NCBI GenBank assembly: GCA_963664195.1
Contig: OY760907.1
Coordinates: 3,456,001 to 3,520,000, forward strand
Reading direction: 5' to 3'
Length of the DNA: 64,000 bases
Origin: an uncultured candidate division Zixibacteria bacterium
GTDB lineage: Bacteria > Zixibacteria > MSB-5A5 > GN15 > FEB-12
How positions within the stretch are numbered: position 1 is the first letter of the stretch; every line of letters begins with the position of its first letter. Below are positions 55,981-64,000 of this stretch, piece after piece. The notes under the pieces were generated by a model that made no database searches, was not told the origin of the DNA, and was given only the letters and a program-made list of their open reading frames with translations. Both the position numbers and the translations under genes were made by a program.

Positions 55981-56416
55981 GAGAATCAGGGAACTGCTCG
56001 CAGGCTTTGTCGACGGCGAACTGTCCGAATCCGAAAAAGTCGATTTCGAACGCGAGTTATCAGTAAACGCAGAACTCCGGACGGAACTCGAAGAGTTCCA
56101 AAAACTCAAACAGGTAACGAGTACCATGCGATATGCCGATTTGCCGGACGAGGTATGGGAGTCCTACTGGGCCTCCCTGTACCGCAAGACTGAACGCGGC
56201 CTGGGATGGATATTCCTGTCGATCAGCGCCATCCTGATGCTCTGTTTCGGCGGATGGGAACTCTTCAGCGGATTGTGGGCCAACCCCGAGACCCCACTGT
56301 GGCTGAAGATCGGCGTATCGGGCGGAACGCTCGGCGCGATAATTCTACTTGTTTCCTACGGCCGTGAGCGCCTTTTTGCCTACAAACGGGAACGGTATTC
56401 GGAGGTAATCAAGTGA
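55973..56416 (+). CDS. Membrane anti-sigma factor
   Basis: LLAGFVDGELS ASD-like N-terminus, two TM helices, overlaps the ECF stop. Confidence 0.75.
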   Translation: MDERIRELLAGFVDGELSESEKVDFERELSVNAELRTELEEFQKLKQVTSTMRYADLPDEVWESYWASLYRKTERGLGWIFLSISAILMLCFGGWELFSGLWANPETPLWLKIGVSGGTLGAIILLVSYGRERLFAYKRERYSEVIK

Positions 56417-56733
56417 TACTGGCAACTACGGATTATATACAGGGCAAACGGGTCATCAGAACGATCGGCCTGGTCAAAGGCAACACGATTCGCGCCCGTC
56501 ATATCGGGCGCGATATCGCCGCGGCTTTTCGCAACATGGTCGGCGGCGAGATCACCGACTACACGAAAATGATGGCCGAGTCGCGCGAGCAGTCAATTGA
56601 CCGCATGATCGCCAGTGCCCAGGAGAAGGGTGCCAACGCGGTCATACAGGTCCGTTTCTCAACCTCTTCGATGATGCAGTCCGCCGCCGAACTCCTCGTC
56701 TACGGTACCGCCGTAGTAATCGAAGATGAATGA
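56413..56733 (+). CDS. YbjQ/UPF0145 family protein
   Basis: GRDIAAAFRNMVGGEI..GANAV..YGTAV. Confidence 0.92.
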   Translation: MILATTDYIQGKRVIRTIGLVKGNTIRARHIGRDIAAAFRNMVGGEITDYTKMMAESREQSIDRMIASAQEKGANAVIQVRFSTSSMMQSAAELLVYGTAVVIEDE

Positions 56734-56742
56734 GACCAAATT

Positions 56743-56769
56743 GTAGGTCGAAACTCCTGCAGTTTCGAC
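56743..56769. repeat. REP-like palindrome (GTAG + hairpin)
   Basis: GTAG-GTCGAAACT-CCTGC-AGTTTCGAC, with no U-tail. Confidence 0.4.
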
Positions 56770-56885
56770 TCTCTTTGTAGGATTGTGTCAGAACATGGGT
56801 TGCAGTCTATGTTTCGAACCCGCCGCCCAAATCGTCTAACTCATTGGGCTTGATGCATGAATCCTCATGACGTGCAAATGAACTT

Positions 56886-57209
56886 ATGATAATCACCTCC
56901 GGAAACGATATTCACTACTGCCACGTCACGAAAACACTCGGACTGGTGATGGGCAACGCAATTCGGGGAACGCATCTCGGAAAAGACATCGCCGCCAAAT
57001 TCCGCAATCTCATCGGCGGCGAAATTACCGGCTACACCGAGATGATGTCACAGGCCCGCGAGCAGGCACTGGACCGAATGGTCGCCGAGGCTTCCAAGCT
57101 CGGTGCAAACGCCGTAATCAATACTCGATTCTGCACGACTTCGATGATGCAGGGCTGCGCGGAATTCCTCGCCTACGGCACGGCGGTCGAGGTGGACGAG
57201 GGCGAATAG
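56886..57209 (+). CDS. YbjQ/UPF0145 family protein (paralog)
   Basis: GKDIAAKFRNLIGGEI..GANAV..YGTAV. Confidence 0.92.
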   Translation: MIITSGNDIHYCHVTKTLGLVMGNAIRGTHLGKDIAAKFRNLIGGEITGYTEMMSQAREQALDRMVAEASKLGANAVINTRFCTTSMMQGCAEFLAYGTAVEVDEGE

Positions 57210-57255
57210 CTACTTACCCCCTCTCCCCAAGTCCCTACAGTATCGTCCAAATTGC

Positions 57256-57284
57256 TTGCAATCGTCGCACAATCGCACTATATT
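57256..57284 (+). promoter_or_regulatory. sigma70 promoter for the OLD-like gene
   Basis: TTGCAA-N17-TATATT. Confidence 0.55.
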
Positions 57285-57420
57285 CATCACGGGCGGAGGA
57301 CATGATCCCCACTCTGGACCAACGATGTGATCGATCTACTTGGTGCTTTCCCGTTGGGTCTTGCAGGACCAGCGTTTCTTTCGCGCCACCGCGCCCCGCA
57401 AAACCGTGAGGAGAATACTG

Positions 57421-59256
57421 TTGGAATTCGATTATGTGGACATCAGGAACTTCAAGGGCATAGAGCATGTCCGGCTGGACTTTGCACAGTCCCCCAAGCA
57501 GAACGTGTACACGCTCGTCGGCCTGAATGAAAGTGGAAAGACCACAATACTGGAGGCACTGAACCTCTTCGGTTATGGCACCGAGAAGTTGGGTCCCCTC
57601 AACCTCTACGGCTACGACATTGGAGACTTGCACGACCTGATACCGGTATCAAAGCGTGACAATTTCAACGACGACATCACCATTTCATTTGGATTACGTT
57701 TGGATGCGTCAGACGAAGAAAAGGTGTCGTTGTTCATGAAGAGGAATCACAAATTCACTATCAAGGAGAAGATTCGCGCCTTTAGCATCACTCGTACAAT
57801 GACTTTCAAAAACTCTGAGTTCTTGCCAGACCGATCTGTAATGCTCTGGGAGATCGACGTCGTCGGCAGGAAGTACAGAGGCAGAAAGGTTATCAGACTG
57901 GAAAGCTCGGACGTCGAATGGGATAGCTGCGCCGAATTCATCAAGAAGAGGATCCCTAGCATCCTGTTCTTCCCCAACTTCTTCTCTGACTTCCCCACCA
58001 GGATTTATCTCGAAGACTACGGCGACAACGATGACCTGCATGAGTTCTACCGTTCGGTATTGCAGGACATACTAAACTCCTTGGGCACGGGTGCGAACCT
58101 GACAACCCACGTCCTCAAACGCGCAAAGTCTGCTCAGACAAGAGACCTAAGGAGTCTTGACGCACAACTGGCGAGGATGAGTAGTCACATCACGAACGTG
58201 ATTCTGAAGAAATGGAGTCGCATATTCAGCCGCACTCTAGACGACAAGGAGATCGTGCTCAGATGCCAGAGCGACGAGCATGGCGATAAGACCAGGTACT
58301 ATATCGAGTTCCAACTCAAGGAATCGGACCAATTGTATCTTATCAGAGAGAGGTCTCTTGGCTTTCGCTGGTTTTTCGCCTTCTTCCTCTTGACGCACTA
58401 TTGGCGATTCCGGAGCGACTCCGCCACCAAAGCGTTGTTCCTTTTTGACGAACCGGCATCTAACCTCCACCCTTCGGCCCAGCATCAACTACTTCGGAGC
58501 CTCGGAAAACTCGCCGAGAACTGCAAGATTGTGTATACTACGCATTCCCACCATTTGATCGACCCTAATTGGCTTGAGGGCGCGTACGTGGTGAAGAACG
58601 AAGGTATTGACTATGGCGAGAACATTGAGTCCTACAACTCCCGAAAAACCCGCATTACGGTCGACAGATACCGCAGTTTCGCCGTTAAGCATCCGGACCA
58701 GACGACCTACTTTCAGCCAATTCTCGATGTTCTTGACTATGCTCCGAGCAAGCTGGAGTCGGTTCCGCGTGTGGTCATCGTTGAAGGCAAGAACGACTAC
58801 ATCACTCTCGAGTATTTTGCCAAGGTGGTGCTTGGATTGGATACAACGTACGGGTTAATGCCCGGGTGCGGTGCAGGAGGTTTGGACACGGTAATAAGAC
58901 TTTACCTTGGTTGGTCTCGTGACTTCATGGTGCTCCTAGATGCAGATAGCGAAGGAGCGAAGCAAAAGAAACGATACATCGAGCAATACGGCAATGGGAT
59001 TGAAGGTCGTATCGCGACGCTGGAAGACATTAACTCCAAGTGGACGAAACGCTCGACAGAGGGGCTCTTTGCTGAGGCTGATCGACTATCGATTCAAAAT
59101 CTGGTTGACCCGAAATCCAAGAGATTCAACAAGACGCACTTTAACAGGTCTGTCCAAGAGCTGCTTGCCCGCAACAAACCATTCAGCTTCGATGAGGAGA
59201 CGGTTGAGAACTTTCGCCAAGTGCTAGAGTTCTTTGAAGGCAGGCTAGGTAAGTAG
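57421..59256 (+). CDS. OLD-family ABC ATPase + TOPRIM nuclease
   Basis: GAGGAG RBS before TTG 57421; IRNFKGI, GLNESGKTT, RSLGFRW, LFDEP, TTHS, VEGKND, LDAD. Confidence 0.82.
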   Translation: MEFDYVDIRNFKGIEHVRLDFAQSPKQNVYTLVGLNESGKTTILEALNLFGYGTEKLGPLNLYGYDIGDLHDLIPVSKRDNFNDDITISFGLRLDASDEEKVSLFMKRNHKFTIKEKIRAFSITRTMTFKNSEFLPDRSVMLWEIDVVGRKYRGRKVIRLESSDVEWDSCAEFIKKRIPSILFFPNFFSDFPTRIYLEDYGDNDDLHEFYRSVLQDILNSLGTGANLTTHVLKRAKSAQTRDLRSLDAQLARMSSHITNVILKKWSRIFSRTLDDKEIVLRCQSDEHGDKTRYYIEFQLKESDQLYLIRERSLGFRWFFAFFLLTHYWRFRSDSATKALFLFDEPASNLHPSAQHQLLRSLGKLAENCKIVYTTHSHHLIDPNWLEGAYVVKNEGIDYGENIESYNSRKTRITVDRYRSFAVKHPDQTTYFQPILDVLDYAPSKLESVPRVVIVEGKNDYITLEYFAKVVLGLDTTYGLMPGCGAGGLDTVIRLYLGWSRDFMVLLDADSEGAKQKKRYIEQYGNGIEGRIATLEDINSKWTKRSTEGLFAEADRLSIQNLVDPKSKRFNKTHFNRSVQELLARNKPFSFDEETVENFRQVLEFFEGRLGK

Positions 59257-59322
59257 ATACAGGTCGTATGTCCCTCCTGCGTTGTCAGCATCGCCGGTCA
59301 ACTTCGCCCATGTAGTAGCCAA

Positions 59323-59348
59323 ACCGGCAGGGATGGATCCCTGCCGGT
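59323..59348. terminator. Hairpin between the convergent OLD-like and HAL genes
   Basis: Perfect 12-bp inverted repeat ACCGGCAGGGAT/ATCCCTGCCGGT. Confidence 0.5.
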
Positions 59349-59377
59349 CACGTTCTCAATGCTACATAGAAGCTATC

Positions 59378-60901
59378 CTACTCCAGCGAGCCGATCTCTT
59401 TCTCGACCTCTTCGAGAACCTCACAGGACTTCACCAAACGCTTCATCTCGGTGTGATCCGGGTACAGAGGACGGTCGATTTCGAGGAAGTCAACATACTT
59501 GCGAACGATCTCCTTCGCCTTTGTCACGCCCTTGCCGAAGTTGTACTCACGGAAATCAAGCGCCTGAGCAGCGGCCATCATTTCGATACCCAACACGCCG
59601 TAAGCATTGTCCAAAATCTGGAAGTTTTTGATTGCCGTGTTCATGCCCATCGACACGAAATCTTCCTGATCGGCCGCAGCCGGAATCGACTGAATGCAGG
59701 CTGGTGCCGAAAGAATCCGCTGTTCGACAATCTGCATATCGGCCGTGTACTGCGAGAGCATCAGGCCGGAGAACATGCCCGCGCCCTTAGTCAGGAACGG
59801 CGGCAGACCGACGCTCAACGCCGGGTTGTTCAAACGGTTCATCCGCCGTTCCGACATCACGGAGATCATTGTGATGCAGGCACCGGCCATGTCCATCGGG
59901 ACCGCCACCGGCGTGCCCTGGAAGTTGGCGCCGGAAAGCTGAAGGTTTTCATCCGGGAAGAAAATCGGGTTGTCGCCAACACCGTTGAGTTCGATCTCAA
60001 CCTGTGATTTCGCATACGCCAGAGCGTCGTGAGCCGCACCGACAACCTGTGGCGTGGAGCGCATCGAATAGGCATCCTGCACCTTGCACTGAACCTTCTG
60101 CTCGGCAAGGTCTCCCCCGGCCACCAGCTTACGGATCGACTCGGCGGAGCGTACCGCTCCTTTGAATCCACGCACCTCATGCAGTTTGGCCGAATACGGC
60201 TTCATGTTGGCCTTGAGAGCCTCCAGGGACATCGCAGCAGCGATCTCAGCCTGTTTCAGCCAGCGGTTGGCGTCATACAAGAAGATCGCGCTCATGGCCG
60301 TAAGAACGTTTGAGCCGTTGATTACCGCAAGACCGTCACGGGCCTTCAGACCCGGAATCTCGATCCCGGCTAATTGCATCGCCTCCTTGCCGGAGAGCAG
60401 TTCACCCTCGTAGTAGGCCTTGCCTTCACCCATCATCAGCAGTGCTATCTGGGACATCGGAGCCAAATCACCGCAGGCGCCGACAGAACCCTTCTGGCAC
60501 ACAAACGGCGTCACACCCTTGTTGAGCATCTCTACCAGCGTTTGCGTCACCACTGGACGCACTCCGGAATTACCGTGAGCATGAACGTTGATGCGGGCCG
60601 TCATAGCGCCCCGAACATACTCAATCGGAGCCGGGTCGCCGATGCCGGCGGCATGGTTGTAAATGAGATATTTCTGGAAGTCTTTGACCTGGTCGTCATT
60701 AAGGACGACTTCGGAGAACTCACCGATGCCTGTATTGACACCGTACATGATTTCTTTGGCTTCGATCTTTTCTTCGAGCATGGCCCGGCACTTCTTCATC
60801 CGTTCCACTGCCTCGGGGGCAAGTTCCACCTTTTCGTTATGCCTCGCGACCGCGACCAGCTTTTCTATTGTCAGTCCGGCGCCGTTGAGAATAATAGCCA
60901 T
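59378..60901 (-). CDS. hutH: Aromatic amino acid ammonia-lyase, probably histidine ammonia-lyase
   Basis: YGVNTGIG, GSVGACGDLAP (MIO region), QDAYSMR, DNP, NFQG, QEDFVSMG. Confidence 0.8.
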   Translation of the reverse strand: MAIILNGAGLTIEKLVAVARHNEKVELAPEAVERMKKCRAMLEEKIEAKEIMYGVNTGIGEFSEVVLNDDQVKDFQKYLIYNHAAGIGDPAPIEYVRGAMTARINVHAHGNSGVRPVVTQTLVEMLNKGVTPFVCQKGSVGACGDLAPMSQIALLMMGEGKAYYEGELLSGKEAMQLAGIEIPGLKARDGLAVINGSNVLTAMSAIFLYDANRWLKQAEIAAAMSLEALKANMKPYSAKLHEVRGFKGAVRSAESIRKLVAGGDLAEQKVQCKVQDAYSMRSTPQVVGAAHDALAYAKSQVEIELNGVGDNPIFFPDENLQLSGANFQGTPVAVPMDMAGACITMISVMSERRMNRLNNPALSVGLPPFLTKGAGMFSGLMLSQYTADMQIVEQRILSAPACIQSIPAAADQEDFVSMGMNTAIKNFQILDNAYGVLGIEMMAAAQALDFREYNFGKGVTKAKEIVRKYVDFLEIDRPLYPDHTEMKRLVKSCEVLEEVEKEIGSLE

Positions 60902-61175
60902 GATATTGCCTCACTTATTACGATTTTGCTACACAATAGGAGTTGAACCGGAACCAGTCCGGCTATTCAAGGACACGCTGGGGCGAAAAACCCTATTCGT
61001 CCTGAAGGCCGGAGGCAAGAAGGGAGTTATACCGTGAGGCAAAGGACACAATCGGCTTCGTGAATCGAGCCGACAATCGCAATCTTTCCAGACAGGTATT
61101 CATTATATTCCTCCGGCACAAAGATAGCGTATAAATAGCGATTGTCAATCAGTTTGAAAAGGACGATACTGCTTC

Positions 61176-62021
61176 ATGCGCTGGCAAAAGATGGATGACG
61201 ACTTCTTTCAGGGGCTCGACTTCGTGGCTTTTGACACCGAGACGACGGGCCTCTGGGCACCGGTCAATCGAATAGTCGAGCTTGGAGCGGTGAAGTTCAG
61301 ACTTGGCAGCAACCGACCGGACGTCTTCTCCGAATTAGTCAACCCCGAACGGCGCATTCCGCCTGAAGTAATCCGTGTCCACGGCATATCCGACAGCATG
61401 GTAAGCGACGCAGATACTATCGGCCCCGTCCTGGAGCGGTTCTTCGAGTTCTGCGGTCCTGAGTCTATTCTCATCGCCCATAACGCCAAGTTTGACATAT
61501 CGTTTGTGGGGTGTGAAATGTCCCGCGCGGGCCTGCCGATGATCCCCAACCGAGTGCTGGACACGGTCGACATCTGCAAGCAGTACTACCCCGGTCTCGA
61601 CTCGTACTCACTGCTGTCACTGTCTCAGGAATTCGCGATCAGCCGAACACAGAACCACCGGGCCGCCGATGATGCCGCACTTGTGTGGAAGCTCTTCTCG
61701 AAGGTCTCCGAGGCTTTCCCCTACATCAAGTCCGACAGCCTCCTGCGTCGCGAGTTCAATTTCTACTCGATGGCTCAATGGCAGGGCGACACACCGGAAT
61801 TGCCTGAAGAGTTTGCGGAGTTGGAACGCGCTATCGACGAAGAGCTGACTGTGGACATCGTCTACGGTGCCCCCGGACGCCGACCGGAAGAGCGACGGAT
61901 CAGACCCCTGCGAGTACACTCACTCAAGAATACTACCTATATCGCAGCCTATTGCGAGAAAGTCGAAGACGAACGGACGTTCCGTCTGGACCGCATCAAG
62001 AGATTCACGCTGGTTGATTGA
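61176..62021 (+). CDS. DEDDh 3'-5' exonuclease fused to a C-terminal WYL domain
   Basis: FDTETTG, HNAKFD, HRAADDA; C-terminal ERRIRPL..YIAAYC..ERTFRLDRI. Confidence 0.88.
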   Translation: MRWQKMDDDFFQGLDFVAFDTETTGLWAPVNRIVELGAVKFRLGSNRPDVFSELVNPERRIPPEVIRVHGISDSMVSDADTIGPVLERFFEFCGPESILIAHNAKFDISFVGCEMSRAGLPMIPNRVLDTVDICKQYYPGLDSYSLLSLSQEFAISRTQNHRAADDAALVWKLFSKVSEAFPYIKSDSLLRREFNFYSMAQWQGDTPELPEEFAELERAIDEELTVDIVYGAPGRRPEERRIRPLRVHSLKNTTYIAAYCEKVEDERTFRLDRIKRFTLVD

Positions 62022-62075
62022 CTCTGGGCTGGAGAAGAAGGTTTGTCAGCCGGAAGCGTTGAGACACCGGCAGGC

Positions 62076-62738
62076 CTAAAGCTTGACGTTGTTCTTCCCT
62101 GACGGTTGCCACAGCATATCCTGAACGGAACTGACTATCAGTATAGCAAGAACAGCACAGGTCAGGAGACTGGTAAGACCGGGCTCCCATATCGAATCGG
62201 AGATTTGCGATTTCATAGCAGTCCAATCAAACGAGAACTCAGGAAGCTGAGCCCATAGCCAGGCAGAAGCTCTTGTGGCCAGAGGCAGCGGATCACAAGC
62301 GGAAACGGCCGCCCACAACCCGGCTTTGAGCGACAAGACTCCGGTAATCACTTTGTAGGCGGCACTGCCGATCAGGGTGCTCCAATCCACGATCAGGAAC
62401 AAGCCAAAAGCCGGCAGAGACCAGATCAGACACCACGCAAAGAAGCTGAGAATCCGCGCTCTGGCTCTGCTGGCGGTCGAGGGCGTTGCTTCCGGTCGAA
62501 TCGCCGCGTGAGGAGGCAAAGCTATTGTCACTTTGCGCGCAAAATCTTCCGGCAGCATGATCGACGGAATCTCCCCGGCCTCGCCGTAGAGCCGCGCGTA
62601 CTGACTGCGCTGTTCCTGACAAAGCATGCAGGAATCAAGATGCTCGAATGTTTCTGTCTCTTCAGTCGTCCGATCATCTGTCCGGTCGACGTCCAGGAAC
62701 AGCTGAATCTCTTCATCGGTAAGGTGTCTTACGCGCAT
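62076..62738 (-). CDS. Zinc-finger (HxxxCxxC) membrane anti-sigma factor
   Basis: HLTDEEI..HLDSCMLC, TM helices, overlaps the ECF stop. Confidence 0.8.
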   Translation of the reverse strand: MRVRHLTDEEIQLFLDVDRTDDRTTEETETFEHLDSCMLCQEQRSQYARLYGEAGEIPSIMLPEDFARKVTIALPPHAAIRPEATPSTASRARARILSFFAWCLIWSLPAFGLFLIVDWSTLIGSAAYKVITGVLSLKAGLWAAVSACDPLPLATRASAWLWAQLPEFSFDWTAMKSQISDSIWEPGLTSLLTCAVLAILIVSSVQDMLWQPSGKNNVKL

Positions 62739-63301
62739 AGCTCCTCCTGCGAATAGCGGGAGAGCATGCGTTCCTTCAGCATCTTGCGGGCCCGGAACAG
62801 GTAGCTCTTAACCGTCCCATCCGGCAAGCTCAGGATTTCACCGATCTCAGCGTAACTCATATCCTGCAAATGATATAGACTGACAATCGTGCCATAGATC
62901 ACCGGCAGCGTGTCGATTTCCTCACAAAGTCGGATTGCCGCCTGACGAGAACTCACCCATTGAGCCGGAGAGGCATCGTTGCATTCGCAAGAGTCTACGC
63001 TCTCTCCTTCGGGACAATGGTCCTCGTACAGCGGGACCTTCTTCTTCTCGAGATAGTTCAGCGACGTGTTGTACGCTATCCGAGCTATCCAGGTGGACAG
63101 CTTGGAGTTATGCTGAAAGCGGCCGATATTCTGGTACACCTTCACGAACACATCCTGACAGATATCCTCACGATCATGCTGACCGGACACCATCCGGAAC
63201 ACAATCTGACTAACCAGCCGCTCGTTCTCACTGACAAGAACGGTAAACGCCCCGGGGTCTCCGGAGAGTATTCTGGCTATGAGTTCTCTTGAATCTGTCA
63301 T
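62729..63301 (-). CDS. ECF sigma factor (SigW-like)
   Basis: EDICQDVFVKVY, LSTWIARIAYN, SYAEIGEIL..GTVKSYLFRAR; start MTDS. Confidence 0.92.
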   Translation of the reverse strand: MTDSRELIARILSGDPGAFTVLVSENERLVSQIVFRMVSGQHDREDICQDVFVKVYQNIGRFQHNSKLSTWIARIAYNTSLNYLEKKKVPLYEDHCPEGESVDSCECNDASPAQWVSSRQAAIRLCEEIDTLPVIYGTIVSLYHLQDMSYAEIGEILSLPDGTVKSYLFRARKMLKERMLSRYSQEELCA

Positions 63302-63322
63302 AATGAAAACCTTATAGCATAA

Positions 63323-63390
63323 TAGACTGATAATTAGCGCCCAAAGTTGCATTTATCTACCCTGCAACTTTTTCCGTAGATACCGGTCTA
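63323..63390. promoter_or_regulatory. Back-to-back ECF promoters
   Basis: Minus strand TGCAAC-N17-AGTCTA (63351-63323); plus strand TGCAAC-N16-GGTCTA (63363-63390). Confidence 0.7.
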
Positions 63391-63433
63391 ATGCGGCAGA
63401 GAGCAGAAAAGGACAAACGAAAGGAGCTAAGCC

Positions 63434-63808
63434 ATGCTTGAGACACCACTTATTGTTGGCATCATCTTTTTCTCGATAGTCGCGATTGTGAAGATTGTCT
63501 CTGACCATTCCGCCCGCAGGAATCTGATTGCGCGAGGGGAGGTCGATGAAAAAACCCGCAGGATCCTTCTGGGACACGCCGAATTGGCCGCCCTCTCGAA
63601 CGTCAAATGGGGCATGATTCTGGTCGGAGTAGGCGTTGCCTCCCTCATGTCCTACTGGCTGCCTGACTACTGTTCCGAAGAAGGAGCGTTGGGACTGGTC
63701 TTCATTTTCGCAGGGCTTGGGTTCCTGATCTACTACCCGCTGGCTCAGAGACGGCTAAAAGAAATCCAGTCCAGACAGCTTGGAGAGCCGCCGACAACGA
63801 TTCCGTAA
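63434..63808 (+). CDS. DUF6249-like membrane protein
   Basis: TM-RRNLIARG..LSNVKWGMILVGVG..IFAGLGFLIYY; AAGGAG RBS; divergent from the ECF gene. Confidence 0.75.
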   Translation: MLETPLIVGIIFFSIVAIVKIVSDHSARRNLIARGEVDEKTRRILLGHAELAALSNVKWGMILVGVGVASLMSYWLPDYCSEEGALGLVFIFAGLGFLIYYPLAQRRLKEIQSRQLGEPPTTIP

Positions 63809-63854
63809 TGAACAGATAAGAGACCTAATGGGACAGGTCTGTATCTGCAGATCG

Positions 63855-63896
63855 GGCCCCGAGGACTACACTCCCGTATCCTCGGGGCCGTTTTTT
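63855..63896 (+). terminator. Intrinsic terminator
   Basis: GGCCCCGAGGA/TCCTCGGGGCC plus GTTTTTT. Confidence 0.65.
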
Positions 63897-64000
63897 GTCC
63901 GGCACCGGAGCACAGATAAACGCCGGGCGTGGCTGTCCCCAGTTCCGCCGAGCCGCCTCGTTGGTGAGGGTTCTTCGCAGGTCTGATGACAGACCTGCCC

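Noticed and set aside
57210..57420. Retron ncRNA upstream of the OLD-like gene
   Set aside because: No reverse transcriptase nearby and no clear a1/a2 inverted repeats.

Overview
Chromosomal window from a diderm bacterium; the conserved C-terminal Cys-flanked dockerin-like module suggests candidate phylum Zixibacteria (inference, not verified by search). It holds a complete minus-strand rRNA operon (16S-tRNA-Ile-tRNA-Ala-23S-5S) with a SAM methyltransferase ORF inside the spacer between the two tRNAs, plus tRNA-Thr(CGT) and an atypical tRNA-His lacking G-1/C73. Housekeeping genes include lexA, an EF-G paralog, rpsU-yqeY-cvpA-mutS2-dnaG-recN, tldD/tldE, hcp and a HAL-family lyase. Two tandem HesB-like genes have in-frame UGA plus SECIS-like hairpins and are missed or truncated by the ORF track. 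Six secreted proteins end in the same 76-aa dockerin-like module; three are tandem M43 metalloproteases that also carry PKD and cohesin-like domains, a candidate cellulosome-like proteolytic assembly. Also present: a structured candidate ncRNA, ECF sigma/anti-sigma pairs with recognisable promoters, a stand-alone OLD-like ATPase-TOPRIM nuclease, a DnaQ-WYL fusion and several disrupted genes. No CRISPR array, integrase or transposase was seen.
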